The notes under the pieces were generated by a model. That model was not told where the DNA came from, searched no databases, and was given only the letters and a program-made list of their open reading frames with translations. A stretch of 20,000 nt of DNA. Source: Psammoneis japonica (lineage: Eukaryota). Each line of letters starts with the position of its first letter. Positions within the stretch are counted from its first letter, which is position 1. A program made the position numbers and the translations under genes. Below are positions 10,476-20,000 of this stretch, one piece after another. Where the stretch lies: assembly GCA_008632985.1 (NCBI GenBank), contig QPGO01000052.1, positions 430,219 through 450,218 on the forward strand, given 5' to 3'.

Positions 10476-12000
10476 ATGGTTCTCACCAGGCAGCAACAAA
10501 TTGATGGCCTTGAGCACATTCTAGGCACTGTTTTGAATCAAGCCACAGACAGTCCACTGCGCTCTGCCCTCAACATTGACGGAACTGACTCGCACCAGGA
10601 TCTCTTCACTTTTGCTCTGACGCAACTGGATGCCCTGGTTTGCAACAACGGCGCCAATCAAATGCCCTTGCCATGTGGCTGCAAAGCACAGACAGCTGTG
10701 TTGATTAGTCTGCACATGGCAAAAGCGTGCAGCGGCACTGATGTCAGCAACAACCCCAACTTGTTCACACATGAGGAGTTTGCCAACCATCGTCTCAGTC
10801 CTGAGTGTGTGGCGTCCCTCTCCATGGGTGCAGCACCATCTGCTCCCACTCCTGGCTTGTTGCCACCCAAACCATTTGACCCCATGTGTGACTTTAAACG
10901 AAGCATCAAACGTGACCCACTTGCCTTCGCAACTCTCAAGTCCAACAAACAGTGGCACACGCAGCACACCTCCATCATCGCACAGGCCCGCTCCCAGGAC
11001 GTCGACCACATTCTTGATTTGACATGCAAGCCCTCTGCAGCTGAGGACAAGGCCCTGTTCGATGAACAACAGAAGCACATGTTTGCCGCATTTGAGTGCA
11101 TCTTGCAGAATGACAAAGGCAAGGCATTTGTTTGTGAACATGTCGGCTCCTCTGGTGCTCAAGCAGTGCATCGTGACCTGTCCAAGTGTGCCCTTGCATC
11201 TGCTTTTGCATCCCTGGAGTCCTTGACCCTTCTCATGTGCCTCGCCACTGCTTGCCTTGGTGATGGCACCTGGAAATTATCCACCCATGCCTTCACACTT
11301 TGCTGGCAGGACCAGCTTCACAAGTGTGAAGCTCTTGTTCCGAGTGTGGACCACTTCTCTGCTGGCCAGAAATGCGTCATGCTTGAGAACGCCGTTCATC
11401 CCATGGAAGAACTTTGTTTGGTGAAGAATCAGGCCAATCAGTTTTGCACACAGAATGGCAGAGGTCTTTCTCATGAGCAGTGCTGTGGGCTCCTGCTTTC
11501 TGCAGCAGCACAGTGCAACAGCACGTTTGCCCCCAAGATGGCTCCTCGTGCTCCAAGCCATGCCATCTGTGAACATGACCTGGCCCCCGACGACCCTGAT
11601 GACGATGCATTCTTTGACATCAACAGAGATGTTGACATCATTCAGGCTCATGCTGTGCAGACTTGCAGCAACTCCCTCACCAGGGAACAATGGTGTCGCA
11701 TCCCACCAACCATCAGTGCATTTGGGGCACCTTGCCTCAGTCCACCAAGGCCATCATCCTTGGCTCACGCACTGCCCATGCTGGCAACGGCCATGACTCA
11801 ATGGCAGTCAACCTGCACAACCTCTGTCTTGGCAGCAATGGCAGTGTCAACTTGTCAGCCAATGCTCACAATCTTGCGTTGCCCCCCACACCATCTGACT
11901 CTGTGATCGATGCAGCCGATGCTGACCCCATTCTGGCTCATCTCACCAGACGCAAGCCTTTGCCACCCGGCAACTTGCAACATCTCCTGGCACCTGAACG
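10476..12000 (+). pseudogene. CoDi-like gag
   Basis: 476-aa ORF with DFKRSIKRD..F.TLK..KQW, AQARSQDV..ILD, LFDEQQKHMFA, DKGKAFV, LGDGTWK..THAF.L.WQDQ, MLENAVHP, as recalled for diatom CoDi gag. Contains zero Tyr. Frameshift near 11700. Confidence 0.85.
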
Positions 12001-12249
12001 GCCTCCTTCCACCTGCTGAGGACTTCCAGAGGGTGGAATCCTTGTCTTCTTGCTCGATGTGGTGCATGATGTTGTTGCAGGCAAGGACTTCCTTGCGCTC
12101 ATCATTGTTGACAGAGCAAATGAACTTGACTGGTTCCAGGTTGTCTCCAATTTTCCAGTCATGGTCTTCAACAGCTTTGACGATGCGGGCTCTGTGGCAA
12201 TCAGGACACATCAAGCAAAAGAACAGGGATTCTGCCCTCTGGAAGTTTT

Positions 12250-13920
12250 GACATGTCATCTCACATGAAGGACCACTGAGACCTCATGATCCCTCTTGGA
12301 AAGGCTCAAGCTGCAACATCATGCTTGAATGGGAGAATGGGGAGATCACATCTGAACCCCTTGCCATCATTGCCAAGGATGATCCCGTCACCTGTGCCAT
12401 TTGTGCATGCGAGCATGGTTTGCTCAAAACCGATGGCTGGAAACACTTCTGGACCATGGCTCTGTGCCAGAAGAAGCTGTTCCGCATTGCAAATCAAGCC
12501 AAGTTGCGCTCCTTTTGCACTGCACCATGATGCAAGTGCGGGCATGAAGTGCCCCAGGACCACAAGCATGCCTTGGCCCTTGATGAGCATGATGGCAACC
12601 ACAAGTGGGGAGATGCAACAGGCCTCAAGATGACTCAGCTTGATGAGCATGAGGTCTTCCATGACTGCAGACATTTCAAGGACTCTGGTGCTCCATCAGG
12701 ACACAAGAAGATTCGGGTGCATCTCACCCACAATGTCAAACATGACGGATGGCACAAAGCAAGGCTTGTTGCTGACAGACACCTCACAGACGTGCCCGTT
12801 GACAGTGTCTGTTCCAGAGCAGCATCTCTCCGTGGCCTGCGAATGATGATCTTCCCAGCCAAACTCAACAAACCACAGAGACTTGGGCCACTGACATTGG
12901 GGGTGCCTGTCTCGAAGCTGCAACCAAGGAGAAACTGCACGTTGCAGCAGGCCCCGAGTTTGGTGAAGCTGGAAGGACACATCCCAACAGCAATCTTTTG
13001 TGCGGCAGAGTCATTGTTTCACAAATGCGTGGAAATTATGTCAGAACAGTGCAAGTGAAAACATGAAATTGTCTGTCCGTCTGCCCTTGGTGAATTTTAT
13101 TTCTGCGAAAAATGGACTTTGCTGCAAACTGATTGGGCGCATTTTAGAACAACACATTTGCAGAAATGCGCCTGATCAGCCAGCAGCAATGTCCTTTTTT
13201 GCAAAAGTTTTGAGATGACAACAGTTTTGGTGCAAAAACGCGCAGATTCTGCAGACGTCCACAAGCAATTCATGCGTTTTGCATCATGGGTCATTTTCAA
13301 AAGATTCCTGTTGTGTCATCCACAAGGCCTTGTGTAGACTCCACAGCTCTGGCCTCAGGTGGCATGAATGCTTTGCCTGTTGCTTGCATGCCGAGGGTTT
13401 CTTCCTGTGCAAAGCTGAGCCCGACATCTGGCTGCACAGGAATGGTAAACACTGCGAACACGTGGCAGTGCATCATCATGTGGGTGACCCAGCCTTTGCC
13501 ATGAAGGAACCCCAGGCTTTTGCAGACACTCTCATGGAGAAATGCAAGTTCAAGCTCAAGGGCACTGGACCATTGGAGTTCCATCTTGGTTGTGACTTCG
13601 CCCGTGATCCAGACGGCACCCTGTGCCTTGCTCCTTGCAAGTGCGTGAGTGTGTGGTTGACAACTGTGCGTGCCTCTTTGGGGAGAAGCCCGCACTGATG
13701 CACTTTTGCCCCTTGACAAGGGAGACCACTTTGAGCTTGTCACCTCTGAATCACTCAATCTGGAGGGCATCCACCAGTTCGAGTCCTTGATTGGTTCCCT
13801 GCAATGGGCCACATCTCTCGGTCACATGGACATTGCTGTGGCTGTCATGTCTCTGTCGAGCTTCCATGCAGCACCCTGTCAAGGCCACCCAGACTGTGCC
13901 AAATGCATCTGTGGAGGGGC
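12250..13920 (+). pseudogene. Copia reverse transcriptase (with upstream linker), interrupted at 12985-13313
   Basis: EWENGEITSEPLAIIAKDDPVTCA; HKKIRVHLTHNVKHDGWHKARLVA; VIHKALCRLHSSGLRWHE (KALYGL); EHVAVHHHVGDPAFAM (YVDD); KLKGTGPLEFHLGCDF; ESLIGSLQWA. Confidence 0.93.
12985..13313. mobile_element. 329-bp MITE nested in the Copia RT
   Basis: 16-bp TIRs CAACAGCAATCTTTTG / CAAAAGATTCCTGTTG (15/16 match). Removing it rejoins ELEGHI to VIHKAL to within 1 nt. Confidence 0.88.
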
Positions 13921-14034
13921 CCAACTGTTCTGACCTTCCCAAGCCCGTGTGCAACTGGGCCCAATCTGTGTGTGGGGAGGCAGAAGAGCTGCTCCCGCAA
14001 GACGTGCCTGAGCCACTTGGCAAGTTCATCACCA

Positions 14035-14495
14035 CAACACACTGCATCAATGTGAACTTGCTCCATTGCATGCTTGCCGATGCTCTGTCATCAGCATCCT
14101 TCATTTTCTCAACAAGTTTCGGCTGATTGGTTCTCTGAAAAACAAGCAACAGCCAAGACTGCCACATGTGGATCCAAGTTTGTTGCCACAAGGACGTGTG
14201 TTGGGCAGATCATTGATTTGCACATCCCTTTGCACCACCTTGGCATCCCCATTTGTGAAACATGTTTTGTGTTTGGGGATGACAAGTTGGTTGTGGACAG
14301 TGCTGCCATCCCACACTCCAAGCTGCACAAGCGACACACTGCCCTCTCATTCCACTGTGTGTGTGAGGCAATTGCCTCCGGTTCCCTTCAGCTTCATTTC
14401 ATTGAAGGTTCCCGCAACCCAGCTGACATCCTCAGCAAGCACTGGGGTTGCTCCCAAGTCTGGAACCTCCTTCATCCTCTGATGTTTTGGAACTT
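14035..14495 (+). pseudogene. Copia RNase H
   Basis: DWFSEKQATAKTATCGSKFVATRTCV (KKQ.TVET.TYGSEF), FGDDKLVVDS (GDN.SV), KLHKRHTALSFH, NPADILSKHWG. Confidence 0.93.
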
Positions 14496-14716
14496 TGATC
14501 CCTGGGCTCTCAATCACATCCATTGCTGTTGACCCCTCAAGTCTTTTGGCCCCCTGCAATGTCTCTGCATGGAGACTCATCTGCCATTTAGACAGCAGCA
14601 AGGATTTGTTGTTTTCTTCCACCCAGTCATCTTCATTTTCTGTCACAAATGTTTCAACACTTAAAGTTGTGCACATGAAATTGCACACACCCAAAAGAAA
14701 TTGTTTGGCACAGCCG

Positions 14717-16760
14717 TCAATGTCTGTGCTGCAGAATTGCAAATGCAACCGCAGCTCCCACCGCCGCTGCAGACACAATCCAAACCATCTTTTTCACATG
14801 TCCATTGCCCCTGTCCTTGAGATCGGATGCAATCATCTTGACACAAATGGGATGACAACAGTCTTTCTTCTGAAAAACGCATCACCGCCAATGACTTTCC
14901 CATTTTTGATTGATGTGGGGAGCGGCAAAGAGAACAAACAAACTTCATGCAGCCCTGTGTTGTTGTCAGACACACAACGACAAGGAGGATTGCTTCATCT
15001 CCTGGAAAAACAGTTGGAGGAGTGAACAAAATGGGCAAGAAAAACCCCCGGCACCTGCACGCGACCAGAGATGCCTCGGCTTGTTGCACATGCAGCCACC
15101 GCAAGCTGGCAGCATCAAAACAGAATTTCTGAGTTTTGGCTTGCCGCCATGCCACACTTTACATTCATTGCCGCAATTGCATCTGCTGTGAGCAGAAGTT
15201 TTTGAGTTTGAGACTGTGTTGAATCAAGAAAACATGTGACTTGGCCTGTGGCCCAGTTTTTCAGATCCACAGCAGGCAGCATGCATCAATGACAGTCAGC
15301 TGCTGACCACAAACTTGCCAGATCTTCCGCAGCTTGCACGAGACTTTGATCAAAGTTGGGCACTTCAGTTGGCATGCTGGGCAAATGATGCCACCACTCC
15401 TTCCAGTTGACATCTGTTTCAGGAAACTTTGATTGGAAGAAATCGTGAAATTCAAAAGACGCAGCCGTCTTGTGCGCGAACTCCTTCATCTGTTCCTTGA
15501 AGGAAGTTTTGAATTGCTGCCTTCCAACTTGGCATTCAAGACAGCACAAGAGATTGAAACCTTTCTCATGTGGTGCTGATGAAAATGCATTGTCTGGGTC
15601 TTCATCACCCAAAATGGGCACCAGCCTTGTAAAATCCTCCGGCATGAGATCTGTCCAGATCAGGCTTTCCACCCCCCAATCCCATCAAAGTTGAAAAGCT
15701 TCTCGTCCTTGGAGACTCAAGTAATGATCTTGCATTGAAGCCACATTGTCCATCCCTCATTGAGCCAAAAGTGCTCCCATGCAGCATTGGTGACGTAATT
15801 TGCTGTCCATGAGTGAGATGTCTTGTGTGCAACCATGTTGGCAACAGACCAATCTCCAGCAGCCAATGGAGTTGGTGCAATGAAAGTGAGACATGGATTT
15901 TCCATCCCTCTGCATGGAAACAAGGGTGGCAAGCATGACAAACCATGTCTGCCCCAAGGACAACGCACTCCAGTTGTTGCTTCTGCCATTGTGAGAAACC
16001 CTTCCATTTGAGCAAATTCACAAGCAGCCACTTCCACTGCACTGGGTTTGCTCCAGATGCAGCACTGTTCCGGAGATCTTCACACTCTTCAAATCTCCCA
16101 CTGCCAGTGCCAATGAGTGAGATGGCAGGGCAAATCCATGCCCAAGTTGTTTGTCCGTTCTCAGCAGAGTTGCTTTGGTGCAGAGCTGACATGATGCAGG
16201 TTGCCCCACGCCGGCGCAGTTGCCCTGGCGGAGTGGGTCATTTTGATGCCCAGCTGATCTCAACATGGCACCAAGGATCGGGCATGAACAGCCTGACACT
16301 GCACAAACAAGCATGGATGTTTCTCACCAGCCATTTGCATTGGCGGGAGCCACTGCAGAGCACCAGATGCTTTTGTCATGCTGCGTGAGATTTGCATGTT
16401 TGGGTCCAAGCTGTCTCCAATGGGCATCACCAGCTTCTTTCCCAAATGAGCATGAGAACCACTCTTTAACTTGTGAGAGACTTTGGAACCGTCAACATGA
16501 ACAGAGTGAATCTCAAGGTTGCACGCATCCAAGCACAACAACTCTGCATCGGTGCAGATTCGTTTCACATTGTATGTTGCATCGGCTGCCAACACGGAAG
16601 CTGCAAAATCTGCACAAACATGCCAGATTGGTGGCCCAAATGAGTTCTCATGCAAAACTGCATTCACAATGTTTTGTTCGGATTGACTGATCATGCTGCA
16701 GTGCGGACATGCAAGTGTGCAGGTTGGACAATCATCACCCACACAAAGAATGTCATGCAA
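14717..16760 (-). pseudogene. LTA4H: Near-complete leukotriene A4 hydrolase-like M1 aminopeptidase pseudogene
   Basis: [43 protein letters not shown] (FPYGGMEN); VAHKTSHSWT..VTNAAWEHFWLNEG (HExxH...E); DPDNAFSSAPHEKGFNLLCCLE (PYEKG); NSEILF; QGCMKFVCSLCR (GRMKFVRPLYR); HPICVKMIASDL; hydrophobic tail, then TGA at 14717-14719. Multiple frameshifts and stops. Confidence 0.93.
15002..15089 (-). other. Putative 88-nt spliceosomal intron within the LTA4H-like pseudogene
   Basis: GT...pyrimidine-rich...TTTTTCCAG separates CQLAVAA from DEAILLVVV..TTQG, which should be nearly contiguous in the protein. Confidence 0.65.
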
Positions 16761-16773
16761 TGAGAAATGACAT

Positions 16774-17603
16774 TGTCAGCTGTGTTGGGGTGGTGCGGGT
16801 GCAAAAGTGGGCCGGATTCTGTGCATGTAGAACTCAATGTGCTTTCCACACAAATTGCCAAAGTTGTCTTGCCAACTTGAACCCTCTCCTGGACGATGGA
16901 GTGCTCAGATGCTCAGCTGCACTCTTCTTGTTTGTTGAGAGAAACTGCATGCTTTCATGTGCTTTTGAGAAGACACATGGCAAGTCCAATCAGAAAGGCA
17001 CCAAATCGCAACATTCAAGCTTTGAAGAGCTGCAGCAAACAATGAATGCATGAAAACTTGTAGTTTCTCTCAATGAACAAGTTGAGGGGAGTGCAGTCAA
17101 GCAGTCTGAACACTTTGTTGTGTGAAATGCTCAAGTTTCCCATTGTCTGGGAGAGGGCTCAAGTTGGCGAGGTGACTTTGGCAATTTGTGCAGAAAACAT
17201 GCCAAGTTCTGCGTGCACAGACATTTTACATGACAAAGTGCTCAGATGCTCAGCTGCACTCTTCTTGACTTGTTTGTTGAGAGAAATTGCACGCTTTCAT
17301 GCACTTTTGAAGACACATGGCAAGTCCAATCAGAAAGGCACCAAAATTGCAATGTTCAAGCTTTGAACAGCTGCAGCAAACAATGAATGCATGAAAACTT
17401 GCAGTTTCTCTCAACAAACAAGCCAAGAAGAGTGCAGCCAAGCAGCTGAGCACTTTGTTGTGTGAAATGCTCAAGTTTCCATCATCCGGGAGAGGGCTCA
17501 AGTTGGCAAGGTGACATTGGTGATTTGTGCAGAAAACATGCCAAGTTCTGCATGCATGGAATCTGGCTCACTTTTGCACCCATGCCACCTCAATGTGTTG
17601 ACA
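16774..17603. mobile_element. Fold-back element with long (about 190-210 bp) inverted arms and an internal tandem duplication of about 337 bp
   Basis: 16774-16960 is the inverse of about 17390-17603 (and partly of 17050-17221). 16900-17218 is directly repeated at 17237-17556. No recognisable coding content. Confidence 0.8.
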
Positions 17604-17787
17604 CAACAGACATGAACAAATGGATGTTCTCAGATGGTGGATGTCACATTTTTTTGATCAATTGACTTTGCTTCCTTTTGTGTTTGGAAGTCATTGTCTG
17701 ATTTTGGCAACATCACAGAGCACTTTTTGTCTGATCGCCAAACTGACATTCACAGGAAGGAAGGCCCACGCAGGCTTGCACTGGGCT

Positions 17788-18034
17788 GCACAAACTTGCA
17801 CAAACTTGTGCAGACTTGCAGCACGGACTTGGTGATTTGGCCACAAAGACATCCAACACCAACAAAACAGAACTTGCTTGTGAGCTGCCAACAGTGTCAG
17901 AGAAGTCATCATGTGCAACACGTGCCTCAAGAACATTCACCAGCAACAAAAATGTGAGCCCACGCATTGAATGGAAAGCAATCTGGTGTCTGACCTTGTG
18001 CCTGGCATGCACAAACTTGCATGAACTTGCATGA
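17788..18034 (+). repeat. Two short clusters of GCACAAACTT-like 10-mers (17788-17830, 18009-18034)
   Basis: gcacaaactt gcacaaactt gtgcagactt gca...; gcacaaactt gcatgaactt gcatga. Confidence 0.6.
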
Positions 18035-18524
18035 TGTCCCCTGACTGTTGTCCTCATAATTTGGTGATTGACCACATTGAAGAAAGACATTCAACCACTG
18101 TGGAAACAAACACAGAACATTGTCTGATGAAGCACATGTGCAGACCTTTTTATTTGACGGAGACAATGTCGCTCACAGGCTGGCATCATCATGAAGCACT
18201 CATCTTGCAGTGCTTGCTGATGAACAACAGCTGCCAATTGACTCAATTAACATGTGCAGTCACGCTCTCACAGTGTCAATTTTTAACATGGGTTGTTGAC
18301 ATTGAATGACAATGATTTGGTGCACTCTTGTTTTAAAAGCAACAGAGCATTTGCAATGATGCACATGTTCATGAGATGACCACATCCGGTGTGCCAAAGG
18401 AAAAAAACAGTTGTCAACAGGAATCACTGCACCTCTCAAGAGTCATTGTGCATGGTGCAAATTGTGCAAAAGAGTGCCCGCCAGAAACAACTGTTGTCAG
18501 TCTGCCCACCCTTTCACACTCAGA

Positions 18525-18647
18525 TGTCAACTTCTTGGGAAATCAGCTGAAATGTCATCTGATCAAAAGCACTGCTCTTCACCATGTGAGTCAGTCAAAG
18601 TGCCTTTGGTCAGATGGCATTTCAACTGAGTTCCCAAAAGGTTGCCA
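18525..18647. repeat. Inverted repeat, 49-bp arms with 25-nt loop
   Basis: 18525-18573 versus reverse complement of 18599-18647: 41/49 identical by hand alignment. Confidence 0.85.
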
Positions 18648-20000
18648 GCTCCAACCACCCTCTTGTGTGACACTGTGCTCATTTCTGCATGATTTGGTGA
18701 CTTTCCTTGTGTGAAATTCAAGCTGTGACTCTTGTGACATTTTCGAATGACCTCTGTTGAGATGAAGTGACGGTCTGGAAAAAATGTGACAGAGGACACT
18801 CATTCCCCCACAGCCAGCTACGTTGACAACCTCAACTGCAATGCCGGTGGGGTTTGCTCCCCAGCCAAGCAGTGCTTTGCTGCACTGGTCAAAATGGCCT
18901 CCCAACCTGCCACCGCACCTTGGGCCATTTTTCTCATGGCATCTCCTCCACGCTGTTTTGGTTCTCACCATTTATTTTGCTGCTCCCAACCTCAGCAGAT
19001 CTTTCACAAACACTCTTCCTTTCCCCTCCTGCCCTTGAGTGCCAGCCCCTTGCCTTCTCCTCCCTCTTAAACTGCCCTCAAATCACAACACAGCCCCCCA
19101 CATGCCACACCCACCCACTCGGTCATTCTCGATCCAATCATGCATGATCACTTTTGTGGCTCTGCACCACCCCTTCTTGGCACCACCAACTGTTGTCACT
19201 TTTTTCATTTTCAGTCTGAACCTTGTGCAGCCAATCAGCAGCACGAGCTTCCAGAAACAAGCCTGTCAAATCTTGTGTGAGAGTGTTCTCAGCAAAGAAC
19301 AGCAAGAACCTGGTGTTAGTCAAAAAACTCTCACCCCATCTGGAAAACACTGTGGCTCTTGTTCAGAACTTGCTTTGCTCTTGTTGAGAATCCTGTGTTC
19401 TTAACAAGTGCTCATCAATTGTGCACAAATCGATTTTGGCGATTGCTTCAACACACCAAGTGGGACTTGACACTCAATGAAAATGACTCTAATTCTTTGT
19501 TCAATCTTGACAAGATTGCAACCACAATGATTTTAAAATTGTTCAGCTCGCGTTCACAATTAATGCAACCTTCCAAGCAGGAAATGGGCGTCAATGAAAC
19601 TTCTCAACAAGGGTGCAATTGCAACTGCTTTGCAACATTGTTCATTTCTGACAACTGCAACATTCATTTGTTGCATTAAGATGCTCGCACATTGGCTGTG
19701 TGTTTCTTGCAATGTGATTGTGCCAGCTGTGTTTTGTCATTTCTGCAGTGAACGCATTTTTGCTTCCTGTTTCCTGCTCTTCCCTCTTTGGCTTTTTCCT
19801 GTCTCCTGCCGGTTCTCCCATGCTGCAGTGATGGCATGATGCTTTGCTCATTTTGCTGACCCTTGCATCCGCTCTCACTGCCGTGCACAAAATCCCGTCA
19901 TTCATTCCGTCGTCATGCCAGATTGCCAAAGCTTCACCTGCAAAGAAGAGAAAAGAGCTTGCAACAGATCAGAGCATTGCACATGTTTTGTTTTTGAGCA

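Larger units (their letters stand above)
10390..14500 (+). mobile_element. Ty1/Copia LTR retrotransposon relic, diatom CoDi-like; protease/integrase missing, LTRs not identified
   Basis: gag followed by RT and RNase H with Copia motifs (see sub-features); internally rearranged and interrupted by a MITE. Confidence 0.92.
3320..20000. other. TpA-depleted, TG/CA-enriched hypermutated repeat compartment
   Basis: By eye there is no TA between about 3916-5098 or about 11280-13035, versus about 13 TA in the first 360 nt. Relic proteins show Tyr->His/Cys at conserved sites. Confidence 0.95.

Noticed and set aside
16900..17556. CRISPR-like array
   Set aside because: Long duplicated and inverted units with no unique spacers; eukaryotic context.
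3263..20000. Dozens of Cys/His-rich ORFs as zinc-finger or metal-binding proteins, or as evidence for an alternative genetic code
   Set aside because: Explained by TA (and CG) conversion to CA/TG. TA is lost at all codon positions and in non-coding DNA, and adjacent genes use Tyr normally.
3320..20000. Classical RIP or simple 5mCpG deamination as the whole explanation
   Set aside because: RIP creates TpA rather than removing it. CpG decay explains Arg->Cys/His/Trp changes but not Tyr->His/Cys.
18790..20000. Possible decayed coding sequence with CxxC/H motifs
   Set aside because: Cys/His are uninformative here because of the mutation bias, and no homology was recognised.

Overview
Eukaryotic DNA, very probably from a diatom (ASAFAP-type plastid presequence, CoDi-type Copia element). 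About 1-3300 has ordinary composition and holds two intact minus-strand genes: a plastid-targeted protein running off the window edge and RNA polymerase III subunit RPC8/C25. From about 3300 to the end lies a dead repeat compartment: a CoDi-like Ty1/Copia relic, a Crypton-like tyrosine recombinase, two MITEs, a fold-back element, and dead copies of host genes (METH fragment, homoserine kinase fragment, a near-complete intron-containing LTA4H-like M1 aminopeptidase). The main signal is that this compartment has lost almost all TpA dinucleotides by TA->CA/TG change. Conserved Tyr codons have become His or Cys, TAA/TAG stops have largely vanished, and repeat copies differ as TA versus TG/CA. This is the reverse direction of fungal RIP, appears separable from CpG decay, and may reflect a repeat-targeted hypermutation (genome defence) system. 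All counts and homology calls were made by eye or from recalled family motifs, not by search.
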